Assembly (NCBI GenBank): GCA_022571255.1
Contig: JACZYD010000004.1
Location: 1 to 61,909, forward strand
DNA from: Bacteroidota bacterium
GTDB lineage: Bacteria; Bacteroidota; Rhodothermia; Rhodothermales; UBA10348
Reading direction: 5' to 3'
Length of the DNA stretch: 61,909 bases
The position numbers were made by a program, and so were the translations under genes. This document shows positions 27,180 through 37,394 of this stretch, one piece after another. The notes under the pieces are model-generated. The model was not told the origin of the DNA. It saw only the letters and a program-made list of their open reading frames with translations, and did no database searches. Numbering within the stretch: position 1 is the stretch's first letter; each line of letters starts with the position of its first letter.

Positions 27180-29585
27180 ATGTTCAGAAATTATCTATTG
27201 GTTGCCCTCAGGAATCTGCGTTCGCGAAAGGGGTACGCATTCATCAATATTGCCGGTCTTGCCATCGGCATGGCATCCTTTTTTCTGATTTCTCTTTTTA
27301 TCCAGGATGAACTCTCCTACGATCAGTTTCACAAAAATTCGGACCGGATTTATCGCCTGGCACTGCGCGGAAACACGCGAAATGGGTCATTGAATACAGC
27401 CTTTTCAGCTTCTGCGTGGGCACCTGAACTAGAGGCTGATATTCCCGAAATCGAACGGGCAATCCGCATCAAACCGCCCAATCAGATGTGGATGGTAAAT
27501 TACGAAACCAAACAATTTTACGAAAAAGGATTCATTTTCGCCGACTCGACCGTTTTTGAAGTCTTTGATTTCAATCTCGTTCGGGGTGATCCTCAGCAAG
27601 TACTGGCCGTCCCGTTCACGGTCGTAGTCTCTGAAAACGTCGCCGCACGGTATTTCCCCGGCGAGGATCCCATCGGGAAGACGATAAATCTCGACTCAGC
27701 CTATGATTTTGTGATCACGGGGGTCATGGAAGACTATCCCGAGCAATCTCACCTGAACGCTGATTTCCTGGCGTCGATGTCTACGCTGCGAACCCCCATT
27801 TACGGCCCCAATTTTCTTGAACAACCCTTGCGGCCGCAGGTCTACACCTATCTCCTGGTTTCAGAGGGCACAGACGCAGCCCTGCTGCAAGAAAAAATAG
27901 CCGACTATTTTGACAGGCGCCTCGGACCGCTTTTGCAGGGACAGGGCGCAACCATGAAACCCCTCTTGCAGCCACTGACGGACATTCACCTGAGATCGAA
28001 CCTGGAAGCGGAAATTCAGGCAAACGGAAGCATAGCGACCGTGATGACCCTCGGAGCAATCGCCCTCTTTATTCTCTTGATTGCGTGTATCAATTATATG
28101 AACCTGGCGACCGCCCGCTCGGCGGGACGGGCGCGGGAAGTGGGTATGAGAAAGGTGCTCGGTGCTGAACGCGGTCAGTTAATCCGGCAGTTTATGGGAG
28201 AATCCATGGTTATTGCCGGAGTATCGGTTGTTTTTGCCCTTCTCTTTCTGATGGCCGCGTTACCCACCTTCAATGTCCTGATTGAAAAAAACCTGTCGCT
28301 TCTCTCTGCCGGTATCTTTGAGACCATCGCCGTTTTCGTCGGGGTTGTTCTGGTATGTGGGCTGGCTGCGGGCAGTTATCCTGCTTTTTTTCTGTCTGCG
28401 TTTCAACCTGCGACGGTCCTCAAAGGGGCCTCGAGCCGGGGAACAGGATCCAACGCGCTGCGACGAGGCCTCGTCGTTTTTCAGTTTACCACGTCTATCG
28501 TTCTGATCGCAGCCACGGTTGTGGTGTTCAAACAGCTCGAATACACGCGTAATAAAAATCTCGGTTTTGACCGGGAAAACATTCTGGTGGTTCAGTTAAC
28601 CGACCCCAATATTCGAAATGATTATCAGATTCTTCGCCAGCGAGTGGAAGCACTGCCTTCTGTAAAAGCGGTCTCCGCTTCGCAATCAGGACCGGGTTAT
28701 CTGAGCCAGTATCAAATGGTACGCAGGCAGGCAGTAGCCGTCGAAGATCAGGAATATGACCTTACATTTCTGTCTGATTTCGATTTTGTGGAAACGCTGG
28801 GAATAAAAATGGTTGCGGGACGATCCCACTCCAGGGATCATCCTGCCGACTCGCTCGGTGCGTTTATTATCAGTGAAAAAGCTGTCGCAACTCTGGGATT
28901 TGCTTCCGCAGAGGATGCCATCAATCAGAATGTGGTCCTGTCTGGTGGCCTAGTTGGTCCGGTAATCGGAGTGGTGGAAGATTTTCACTCCAAATCGCTC
29001 CACCAGCGGATGGAGCCGACAATTATCACCGTCATCGATCAGCAGGCTTTTTTCTACATGTTTATCCGCACCGAGGCAAACAGTACCCGGGAAGCGATTG
29101 CCGATGTGGGGCGCATATGGAATGACATGTACCCTGCGTATGTATATGAATACTCGTTCCTGGACGAGGATCTTCAAAAAATGTACGCTGCCGATGTTCA
29201 ATTGGGGAGGCTGTTCGGCGGTTTCGCATTGTTAACGATCTTGATTGCCTGCCTGGGATTATTCGGACTTGCCTCGTACACGGCAGAGCAGAGAACGAAA
29301 GAAATCGGTGTGCGAAAAGTCATGGGCGCTTCAGTAGTCGGTCTCATGATGATGCTTATCCGTGATTTCGCCGTTTATATCGGCATTGCATTCGCAATCG
29401 GTGCCCCTTTGGCCTATATAGGAATGCATCGCTGGCTGGATACGTTTGCCTATGCAACATCGTTCGGCATCGGAACGCTCCTTCTGGTTGGAATGCTTAC
29501 TCTCATCATCTCCGTAGCCACCGTCTCGTATCAGACATTTCGGGCAGCCACTGCGAACCCCGTCGATTCACTTCGTCAGGAATAG
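27180..29585 (+). CDS. ABC transporter permease (MacB/FtsX duplicated type)
   Basis: MFRNYLLVALRNL, ACINYMNLATARS, EQRTKEIGVRKVMGA, ANPVDSLRQE. Confidence 0.93.
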   Translation: MFRNYLLVALRNLRSRKGYAFINIAGLAIGMASFFLISLFIQDELSYDQFHKNSDRIYRLALRGNTRNGSLNTAFSASAWAPELEADIPEIERAIRIKPPNQMWMVNYETKQFYEKGFIFADSTVFEVFDFNLVRGDPQQVLAVPFTVVVSENVAARYFPGEDPIGKTINLDSAYDFVITGVMEDYPEQSHLNADFLASMSTLRTPIYGPNFLEQPLRPQVYTYLLVSEGTDAALLQEKIADYFDRRLGPLLQGQGATMKPLLQPLTDIHLRSNLEAEIQANGSIATVMTLGAIALFILLIACINYMNLATARSAGRAREVGMRKVLGAERGQLIRQFMGESMVIAGVSVVFALLFLMAALPTFNVLIEKNLSLLSAGIFETIAVFVGVVLVCGLAAGSYPAFFLSAFQPATVLKGASSRGTGSNALRRGLVVFQFTTSIVLIAATVVVFKQLEYTRNKNLGFDRENILVVQLTDPNIRNDYQILRQRVEALPSVKAVSASQSGPGYLSQYQMVRRQAVAVEDQEYDLTFLSDFDFVETLGIKMVAGRSHSRDHPADSLGAFIISEKAVATLGFASAEDAINQNVVLSGGLVGPVIGVVEDFHSKSLHQRMEPTIITVIDQQAFFYMFIRTEANSTREAIADVGRIWNDMYPAYVYEYSFLDEDLQKMYAADVQLGRLFGGFALLTILIACLGLFGLASYTAEQRTKEIGVRKVMGASVVGLMMMLIRDFAVYIGIAFAIGAPLAYIGMHRWLDTFAYATSFGIGTLLLVGMLTLIISVATVSYQTFRAATANPVDSLRQE

Positions 29586-29636
29586 TTGCTGATCGAATGA
29601 CTTTGGTTCGAATCGTATTAAAATTGCTACCCTTTC

Positions 29637-30356
29637 ATGATCAAGCTCGAGAAAATCACCAAGTCCTATCTGCACGGTTTTAATCGAACGTTTGTGCTTC
29701 GAAACATAAACCTGGAGATCAGCGAAGGCGAATTTGTCTCCGTGATGGGACCCTCAGGGTCTGGAAAATCGACGTTACTGCACATTCTCGGAATGCTCGA
29801 CGAACCGTCGTCGGGTACCTACTGTTTCTTCGACAAACCGGTCCAAAAAATCAGCAATAGAAAACGCACCGATTTGCACCGGGAATATATTGGATTCGTC
29901 TTCCAGGCATATCATTTGATCGATGATCTCACAGTGTATGAAAACCTGGAAACGCCCCTCCTGTACAAAAAAATAAAAGGCAGCGAGCGTAAAAGCATGG
30001 TTGCCGAAATGCTGGATCGGTTTAATATGGTTGCCAAACGGGACCTGTTTCCGAGCCAGTTATCGGGTGGCCAGCAACAGCTCGTAGGCGTGGCGCGAGC
30101 GCTGATTATGCAACCCAAACTGATTCTTGCGGACGAGCCCACCGGAAATCTGCACACCTCACAGGGCGAAGTCGTCATGGATTGGTTTCGGAGGTTGAAT
30201 AAAGAACTTGGCGTCACCATTATCCAGGTAACGCACTCTGAACACTGGGCAAGCTACGGCGACCGGATCATCGAGTTGGAAGACGGCCGCGTGAGTGCCG
30301 ACAATTCCGCAACCGAGACAGTTTCGACTGAACTGAGCCACACAGAAAGCAGCTGA
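29637..30356 (+). CDS. ABC transporter ATP-binding protein (LolD/MacB type)
   Basis: GPSGSGKST, LSGGQQQ, LADEPTGNL. Confidence 0.95.
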   Translation: MIKLEKITKSYLHGFNRTFVLRNINLEISEGEFVSVMGPSGSGKSTLLHILGMLDEPSSGTYCFFDKPVQKISNRKRTDLHREYIGFVFQAYHLIDDLTVYENLETPLLYKKIKGSERKSMVAEMLDRFNMVAKRDLFPSQLSGGQQQLVGVARALIMQPKLILADEPTGNLHTSQGEVVMDWFRRLNKELGVTIIQVTHSEHWASYGDRIIELEDGRVSADNSATETVSTELSHTESS

Positions 30357-30424
30357 GCGAACTGAGACAGGCCATGTGGGCCACGTACCCAGTGTACTTT
30401 CCAGATCATTAAAATATTCTCCCT

Positions 30425-32845
30425 ATGTTTCGGAATTACGCTGTGACATCTCTTCGCAATCTCCGTAAGCATTTCGGTTACACGTCGATCAACCTTATTG
30501 GCCTGACTCTGGGACTCACGGTTACGCTTCAAATCTTTCTTTTCGTCCAGAGCGAACTGAGTTATGATCGCTTTCACAAAGACGCGGAAGACCTCTACCG
30601 GATCACGCTTGATGGATCGTTTTCAGGCACGATCCTGAATGCACCGATCTCGCCGGCACCGATGGCAAATGCCCTTGTCAATGATTTTCCCGACGTCGTG
30701 GCTGCTACGAGACTTTATACTTTCAGGGGAGAACGCATGGTGCGAAAGGGTGCAACAGAGTTTCTCGAAGATGGAATAATTTTGGCGGACTCCACGTTTT
30801 TCGACGTGTTGACTTTTCCGTTGCTTCAGGGCAACCCGGAAACGGCGCTCGCCCGACCATCAACTGTAGTCCTTACCCAGACCATCGCCCTGAAACTGTT
30901 CGGGAGTTCAGATCCGATGGGCGAGACGATCATACTGGCGGACTCCACGGTATTTGAGGTAACCGGTATCGTCGCAGATCCACCACAAAACTCGCACATC
31001 CAGTTTACCATTCTGGAATCCATGACCGGTTTTCAGCAGGCGGAAAGCGACTTCTGGGTGAGTAACAATTTCTTTACCTATTTGAAACTGCAAAAAGGCT
31101 CGACCGCGGACGGATTTGAGGCAAAACTGCCGGCGTGGTACAAACAGTACGCAGGGCCGCAGATCGAGGCTGCTTTCGGAAAAAGTTATGATGAAATACT
31201 CACTGGGCAAAATTATCTGAGATATCATTTGCAGCCGATGCTCGACGTTCATTTACGTTCAAATTTTACGATCGACAATCAGGTTCCGGGTGATATTGCT
31301 TACGTGTATCTCTTTATTGCCGTCGCGTTTTTTATTCTTCTGCTTGCGTGCATCAATTTTATGAATCTTGCCACTGCAAGATCGGCCGTGCGAGCAACAG
31401 AAGTCGGAATCCGTAAGATTGTAGGATCAAGCCGCAATCAACTAATCGGTCAATTCCTGAGCGAATCGATTCTGATGGCTGTATTTGCGATGATTTTCGC
31501 GGTAGGTCTTGTTTTCGTGACCACTCCGATTTTTAACTCCATGACCGGGTTGAATGTGAACGCGTCTTTCTTGCTGCGGCCGGGGATATTGGCCGTCCTT
31601 GCCCTCGGAGCACTTACTGTGGGAATTCTTGCGGGCAGCTATCCGGCCTTTTTCCTTTCCTCGTTCAAACCAGTCTCCGTCATTAAAGGTCGCTCGTCCA
31701 TGACTCAATCGAGTCCGCGTCTCAGAAATGCGCTCGTCGTTTTTCAGTTCGGAATCTCGGTCGCCCTACTGATCGGTACTCTCGTCGTAAATGATCAACT
31801 TTCATTCATACAAAACAAACGACTGGGTTTTATCAAGGAGAATGTCATTCTGATTGAGAACGCGGGCAAACTGAGAGATCAGTCCGATGCTTTCAAAAAC
31901 TCGCTGAGAGAGCTTACGAGTATCATTGCCGTAGGCGGGACCACTGCGATTCCCGGATCTCTCCACGGAGCCGATGCCCTGATACCCGAGGGATTTGAGC
32001 GAGAAGATTTTATCCTGACCTCTCCGGTCATGGTTGACTATGACTATATCGAAGCCATGGGTATAGAGCTTGCAATGGGCCGCGCGTTTTCACGTGATTT
32101 TCCGAGTGACTCGGCAGCCATTATTCTCAATGAAGCGGCTCTCGCGAAGATCGGCTGGGACGATCCATTGGGAAAACTGGTGTACGAATTCGAAGGCACA
32201 GACGGTCAACAGATCTCAAAAGAGGTGGTGGGGATTGTCCGGGACTATCATTTTAAATCCATGAGGGAGGAAATCGGGTCGCTGTCATTGAAGCTGGGAA
32301 CGCGGCCGATGCCCACTCTGGTTGTGCGTACCGATGGCAAGAATACCGCAGAAACGCTGAGGTTCATCGAGCAGGAATGGGATGCCATTGTCCCCGATCA
32401 ACCGCTGAATTATTCGTTCCTGGACGAGAAATTTGATTTGCTGTATTCCTCGGATCAGCGGTTGGGCAGGGTTTTCTCGTCATTTGCTTTGTTTGCTATC
32501 GTCATTGCGGGCCTCGGTCTGTTTGGTCTCGGGATGTTTGTCACCGAACAGCGTACAAAAGAAATTGGACTGAGAAAAGCCATGGGAGCCTCTGTGTCTC
32601 AGATCGTTATCATGTTGTCTCGCGATTTCACGCGCCTGGTCCTGCTTGCGATCGTTCTGGCTGTACCTCTGGCCTGGTACGGAATGAATGAATGGCTGGA
32701 TGGATTTGTATATCGCACCGAATTGCAATTTGGATCGTTCCTGCTTGCAGCCGCCATCGCGCTTGCCATCGCGTTGCTTACCGTGACTGTTCAGTCGATC
32801 AAAGCCGCCATGTCGGATCCGATCAAAGCACTAAATCATAATTAA
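30425..32845 (+). CDS. ABC transporter permease (MacB/FtsX duplicated type)
   Basis: MFRNY..LRNL, ACINFMNLATARS, EQRTKEIGLRKAMGA. Confidence 0.93.
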   Translation: MFRNYAVTSLRNLRKHFGYTSINLIGLTLGLTVTLQIFLFVQSELSYDRFHKDAEDLYRITLDGSFSGTILNAPISPAPMANALVNDFPDVVAATRLYTFRGERMVRKGATEFLEDGIILADSTFFDVLTFPLLQGNPETALARPSTVVLTQTIALKLFGSSDPMGETIILADSTVFEVTGIVADPPQNSHIQFTILESMTGFQQAESDFWVSNNFFTYLKLQKGSTADGFEAKLPAWYKQYAGPQIEAAFGKSYDEILTGQNYLRYHLQPMLDVHLRSNFTIDNQVPGDIAYVYLFIAVAFFILLLACINFMNLATARSAVRATEVGIRKIVGSSRNQLIGQFLSESILMAVFAMIFAVGLVFVTTPIFNSMTGLNVNASFLLRPGILAVLALGALTVGILAGSYPAFFLSSFKPVSVIKGRSSMTQSSPRLRNALVVFQFGISVALLIGTLVVNDQLSFIQNKRLGFIKENVILIENAGKLRDQSDAFKNSLRELTSIIAVGGTTAIPGSLHGADALIPEGFEREDFILTSPVMVDYDYIEAMGIELAMGRAFSRDFPSDSAAIILNEAALAKIGWDDPLGKLVYEFEGTDGQQISKEVVGIVRDYHFKSMREEIGSLSLKLGTRPMPTLVVRTDGKNTAETLRFIEQEWDAIVPDQPLNYSFLDEKFDLLYSSDQRLGRVFSSFALFAIVIAGLGLFGLGMFVTEQRTKEIGLRKAMGASVSQIVIMLSRDFTRLVLLAIVLAVPLAWYGMNEWLDGFVYRTELQFGSFLLAAAIALAIALLTVTVQSIKAAMSDPIKALNHN

Positions 32846-33612
32846 AGGGCTTTCTCAAGGATATCTTCGGCGTGCGCGACGGCGCGGATATAAAATTCTG
32901 CGGTAAGGATTTCCTGCTCTTCCGGCGAAAGATCTCCGCTGCGCCCCAGCTTTCGGACGCGGTCCCGCGCGGCCGTATGAAGGGCAATCGCCGCAGCTAC
33001 TGAGATATTGAAACTCCGCACAAACCCGGTGGATGGAATAACCACCGAACGATGGGCCATAGACAACATCTCCTCGGATACGCCCGAAAGCTCGTTGCCG
33101 AATACCAGTGCCGTTTTCTGTGTGAAATCCAAGGTGTGAAGTGGCTCTGCACACGCATCAATGTGTGTAACGACAATTTCGTATCCTGCCGTTTTCAGAT
33201 TCTGCACGCATTCTGAAGCACTTTTCCAGACAAAAACGTCGAGCCATTTCTGCGCGCCCTGCGTGGTTCGCTCTGAATATTTATACGGATTATTGCCAGT
33301 AATAACGTGAAATGATTGAAATCCGAAGGCCTCTGCCGTTCGCATGACGGCACTCACGTTCCCCGTGTTTACGATGCCCTCGACTACCGTAGTAACCGTT
33401 CTTGTTCGGTCCCTGACTACGCGTTCGATTCGCCTTTTCCTCTCGGCGGACAATACATCACCCAGAACACGAATCACATCATCCGGACTCCAGTCGCGCG
33501 CACGTGTGCCGAGCTGGTCCGGCGTACCACCGTTCTTCAAAAGCGACGCCATGAGCGCCGCCGCGTTCCCGTCTCGTTTTGCCACCGTGTTCTTCCTATC
33601 TTGACGGTCCAA
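32842..33612 (-). CDS. TrmH/SpoU family RNA methyltransferase
   Basis: GNVSAVMRTAEAFG, FGNELSGVS, SFNISVA. Start uncertain. Confidence 0.9.
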   Translation of the reverse strand: MDRQDRKNTVAKRDGNAAALMASLLKNGGTPDQLGTRARDWSPDDVIRVLGDVLSAERKRRIERVVRDRTRTVTTVVEGIVNTGNVSAVMRTAEAFGFQSFHVITGNNPYKYSERTTQGAQKWLDVFVWKSASECVQNLKTAGYEIVVTHIDACAEPLHTLDFTQKTALVFGNELSGVSEEMLSMAHRSVVIPSTGFVRSFNISVAAAIALHTAARDRVRKLGRSGDLSPEEQEILTAEFYIRAVAHAEDILEKAL

Positions 33613-33639
33613 ATATACATGTGTACAGCGTTCAATCGA

Positions 33640-34359
33640 ATGGATCTACAGGGAAAAATTGTCGTCGTGACCGGTGCCTCCAGTGGACTGGGGCACTCTT
33701 TTTCGCACGCTCTCATCAACAAAGGATCGATCGTATACGGACTTGCCCGACGGGCTGAAAAGTTGCGAGAGCTGGAGACGGACCTGGGGCCCACTTTTCG
33801 AGGAATTGAATGCGATGTCTCCAACGAGAATGAGGTGTCTTCCGCGTTCAAAAAGATCCTGTCCGAATCGGCACAGATCGATGTACTCATCAATAACGCT
33901 GGACTCGGAAGATTCGGAAAATTGGAAGAGATGAGCCTTGAGGATTGGGACGCCCAGATGAACACCAATCTACGCGGCGTCTTCCTGTGTACGAAAGCCG
34001 TTCTGGAGCCTATGAAAGAACAGAATCGTCAAAATCAGTTCGGTGGTCACATCATCAATATTTCCTCTGTTGCGGGGCTCGTAGGAAATGCCCTGGTGAG
34101 CGTGTACAACGCGACTAAATTTGGACTCAAGGGTTTCAGCGAAGCCCTCATGAAAGAAGTGCGAGAAGACGGTATTCGGGTTTCATGCCTGTACCCGGGG
34201 TCGATCGATACCGAGTTTTTCGCAGATTCGGGAGCGGATATCTCGGCCAATCCCATGACGCCGGCGGATATTACATCGACGTTATTACACGTCCTGGAAG
34301 CTCCGGATAATTACCTCATTTCTGAAATCGTCATGCGACCTCTTCGGCCGAGAGGCTGA
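33640..34359 (+). CDS. SDR family oxidoreductase
   Basis: TGASSGLG, NNAG, YNATK. Confidence 0.92.
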   Translation: MDLQGKIVVVTGASSGLGHSFSHALINKGSIVYGLARRAEKLRELETDLGPTFRGIECDVSNENEVSSAFKKILSESAQIDVLINNAGLGRFGKLEEMSLEDWDAQMNTNLRGVFLCTKAVLEPMKEQNRQNQFGGHIINISSVAGLVGNALVSVYNATKFGLKGFSEALMKEVREDGIRVSCLYPGSIDTEFFADSGADISANPMTPADITSTLLHVLEAPDNYLISEIVMRPLRPRG

Positions 34360-34408
34360 ACCGAATCGGGCACAATCCTGTCAGTATCCCAATAAGTTGA
34401 TGAATCAA

Positions 34409-35533
34409 ATGAAACGGAGAGAATTCGTCCGAAAAGCATCCCTGGGAGTAGCCGGCTCGGCAGCCGTCGCAAGTACTGCGCTTGCCGGGTGTGGATCTTC
34501 CACCAGTGATGGCGGCGCAGCAACCGTACTGACACGCCCCAGAGTCAGCTGGCAACTGGTGTCGAGTTTCCCAAGGTCGCTGGATACCATTTTTGGAGCC
34601 GCTGAAGTCCTTTCGAAAAGGGTTTCGGAGCTTACCGACGCCCGATTTACCATCCGTGTTTTTCCGGCCGGAGAACTGGTTCCCTACAACCAGGTTCTGG
34701 AAACCGTCCAGAAGGGCACTGTTGCGATCGGACATTCTGCCAGTTATTACTACATCGGATTGAATCCTGCCCTCGCATTCGATTGTACCGTGCCCTTCGG
34801 CCTCACGGTGCGTCAGTATAACGCCTGGATGTATCACGGTAACGGCCTGGATCTGACCCGGGAGATGTTTTCGGATTTCAATATCATCAATTTTCCGGGT
34901 GGCAATACCGGTACGCAGATGGGAGGCTGGTTTCGGAGGGAAGTTAATTCTCTGGCCGACCTGAACGGGATCAAAATGCGAATTCCGGGACTCGGCGGAC
35001 AGGTCATGGATGCGATGGGAGTCAATGTGCAGGTCTTAGCTGCGGGCGAAATCTATACGGCACTCGAACGGGGCGCCCTCGATGCCACAGAGTGGAGCGG
35101 CCCGTATGACGACGAGCGCCTCGGGTTTTACAAAGTTGCAAAAAACTACTATTTCCCGGGGTGGTGGGAGCCGGCTCCCGGTCTGAGCTTCTATATCAAT
35201 CAGGACCAATGGAACAAACTTCCGTCTGAATACCAGGCCGCGCTTGCGGCAGCGGCGGCCGAGGCAAACATTGACATGCTGGCAGAATATGACTTTAAAA
35301 ACCCTGCAGCTCTGAACAGACTGCTGTCAAACGGCGTACAGCTCAGGCCATTCGCCCAGGATATCATGCTTGAGGCAGAGCGGATCTCACTCGACCTGAT
35401 GTCTTCTGCCGCTGCCGGCGATGCAGCATATCGAAAGGTATTCGAAGATTATACAGGCTGGCAAACCGATTCGAATCAATGGATGCGAGTGGCTGAACAC
35501 ACCTATGCTTCGTTCGCCTTCCGCGATAAATAA
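34409..35533 (+). CDS. dctP: TRAP transporter substrate-binding protein (DctP/TakP-like) with Tat-lipoprotein signal
   Basis: KRREF twin-arginine, LAGC, GNTGTQMGGWF, KMRIPG, PGWWEP. Confidence 0.9.
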   Translation: MKRREFVRKASLGVAGSAAVASTALAGCGSSTSDGGAATVLTRPRVSWQLVSSFPRSLDTIFGAAEVLSKRVSELTDARFTIRVFPAGELVPYNQVLETVQKGTVAIGHSASYYYIGLNPALAFDCTVPFGLTVRQYNAWMYHGNGLDLTREMFSDFNIINFPGGNTGTQMGGWFRREVNSLADLNGIKMRIPGLGGQVMDAMGVNVQVLAAGEIYTALERGALDATEWSGPYDDERLGFYKVAKNYYFPGWWEPAPGLSFYINQDQWNKLPSEYQAALAAAAAEANIDMLAEYDFKNPAALNRLLSNGVQLRPFAQDIMLEAERISLDLMSSAAAGDAAYRKVFEDYTGWQTDSNQWMRVAEHTYASFAFRDK

Positions 35534-35588
35534 ACACATTCAGCAAAAACCCCTGGTTCAGGTCCCGTATCTCAGCCCCCGAATTATT

Positions 35589-36143
35589 GTGAAGCAGATT
35601 GCCGTCTATTGCGCATCAAGTATTGATCTGGAAAAGAAATATCTGGATGTAGCACAGGAATTGGGAGAACTTCTTTCAGCGAACGGCCTCGCGATTGTAT
35701 TCGGTGGAGGGGACGTTGGTCTGATGGGGGTACTCGCCCGCGCGGTACACGCGGGAGGTGGACATGTCACGGGCGTGATCCCGGACAGACTGAATCAAAT
35801 TGATGGACGAGCCTATGCGCTTGCCGACGAACTCATCGTGACGGAATCCATGAGTGAGCGCAAATCAATTATCTGGCGCCGATCGGATGCCTTCATTGCA
35901 CTGGCCGGCGGAATAGGAACGCTGGAAGAATTTCTCGAAGTCATCACCCTGAAAAAACTCGGCTATCACAACAAACCTGTCGCTCTGGTCAACACAGACG
36001 GCCTGTTCAACCGGCTGCTGGAGCAGTTCGAGGAACTGGACCGTGCGAACTTCTCTTCGTATCACACCAGAAATCTCTTTGACGTGGTCTCAGTTCCGTC
36101 GGAAATCCGTTTCTTACCCGCATTTCAGGAATTTTTTAAATGA
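35589..36143 (+). CDS. LOG family (TIGR00730-like) nucleotide phosphoribohydrolase
   Basis: VYCAS, GGGDVGLMG, GGIGTLEE. Confidence 0.9.
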   Translation: MKQIAVYCASSIDLEKKYLDVAQELGELLSANGLAIVFGGGDVGLMGVLARAVHAGGGHVTGVIPDRLNQIDGRAYALADELIVTESMSERKSIIWRRSDAFIALAGGIGTLEEFLEVITLKKLGYHNKPVALVNTDGLFNRLLEQFEELDRANFSSYHTRNLFDVVSVPSEIRFLPAFQEFFK

Positions 36144-36667
36144 ACATCGAGCCTGTCTACGAATACGATCGGATTTCGAAATTCTACGGAGCAATGGACG
36201 AAATCCTCGGCTGGCCGGAGCAGCAGTTGCTTTCATCGGCACCGGACATTTCGAAGTGGTCGATTGCCCAGCAGATTGTACATATATGTATGTCCAATTC
36301 GGGTATGTGGCGCTCGATCGGCCGAATTCTCTCCGAAAAAGAACCTGCGGTTGCGTCGGCAACGACCCTGGACGTTGCAGTCGAGTTTCTGGAAAAAGGA
36401 GAATTCCCCCGAAACTCGATCCATGCTCCATCGGTGGTACAACCGGAACCGGACACAGGCTTCGACGAGATTCAGAAATGGAGCCGGGTGAGCCGAATGG
36501 CCTTTCAACGTATGGCCGACATTGCACCCGCTCTCCCGGAAAAATCGTACTACCTGCCCCATCCGATTCTCGGACATGCAGACGCAAGAACGTGGCTGCG
36601 TATGATTCGAATCCATGCCGAACATCACCTCGCGATTATCCGTGATATCGACGAGGCGGCGGCATGA
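36140..36667 (+). CDS. DinB family protein
   Basis: WSIAQQIVH, HPILG, IHAEHHL. Confidence 0.8.
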   Translation: MNIEPVYEYDRISKFYGAMDEILGWPEQQLLSSAPDISKWSIAQQIVHICMSNSGMWRSIGRILSEKEPAVASATTLDVAVEFLEKGEFPRNSIHAPSVVQPEPDTGFDEIQKWSRVSRMAFQRMADIAPALPEKSYYLPHPILGHADARTWLRMIRIHAEHHLAIIRDIDEAAA

Positions 36668-37353
36668 ATAACGGTCCGATAATATGCACAAGCCTCTGCG
36701 TTCAAAAAACCGCGTTGATCTGCACATCACAACCAATTGACCGCCCTGTAGATACCGTGTGGTTCATTCTTCACGGTTACGCGCAACGCGCCGAAGAATT
36801 CCTCGAATTGTTTCGGTCCGTTTTCGACGAAAACACCCTGTTCGTAGCACCCGAAGCCCTGTCGCGTTTTTACCGTCGAAATCACGACGGAAATATCGGG
36901 GCCTCATGGATGACCAGCGTCGAGCGTGATTCAGAGATCGAGGATTACGTGGCGTACCTGGATGCGGTGTATAATCACGTTACTGAAGGTCAACGCGGGC
37001 GTCCCGCGAGAGTCGGTATACTCGGATTTTCGCAGGGGTCATCCACGGCCACTCGCTGGATTTCGTCGGGCGCTGTTATTCCGGATCGCCTGGTTCTCTG
37101 GGGCGGAACGCCCGCTGCCGAACTGAGAAATCCCGAATTCCAGAAAAAACTGTCAAACTGCCGCGTCGACTGGGTTACGGGTACGAAGGATCGATTTACA
37201 CCGCCCTCTCAATTCGACGAGATATTGCCGCTGATGGATTCGACCACCAATCCCATCCTCGTGACGATTTTTGAAGGGAAACATGGACTCGATCCCGACA
37301 CGCTCGTCGATATTATCGGGCGCACACCAGTGGACAAGAAAAACGGGTCCTGA
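36664..37353 (+). CDS. Alpha/beta hydrolase (phospholipase/carboxylesterase)
   Basis: LHGY, GFSQG nucleophile elbow, C-terminal GKH. Confidence 0.88.
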   Translation: MNNGPIICTSLCVQKTALICTSQPIDRPVDTVWFILHGYAQRAEEFLELFRSVFDENTLFVAPEALSRFYRRNHDGNIGASWMTSVERDSEIEDYVAYLDAVYNHVTEGQRGRPARVGILGFSQGSSTATRWISSGAVIPDRLVLWGGTPAAELRNPEFQKKLSNCRVDWVTGTKDRFTPPSQFDEILPLMDSTTNPILVTIFEGKHGLDPDTLVDIIGRTPVDKKNGS

Positions 37354-37394
37354 AACGGCGCGCATGGTAATGGCGTGCGCTCAAACGGAGCGCT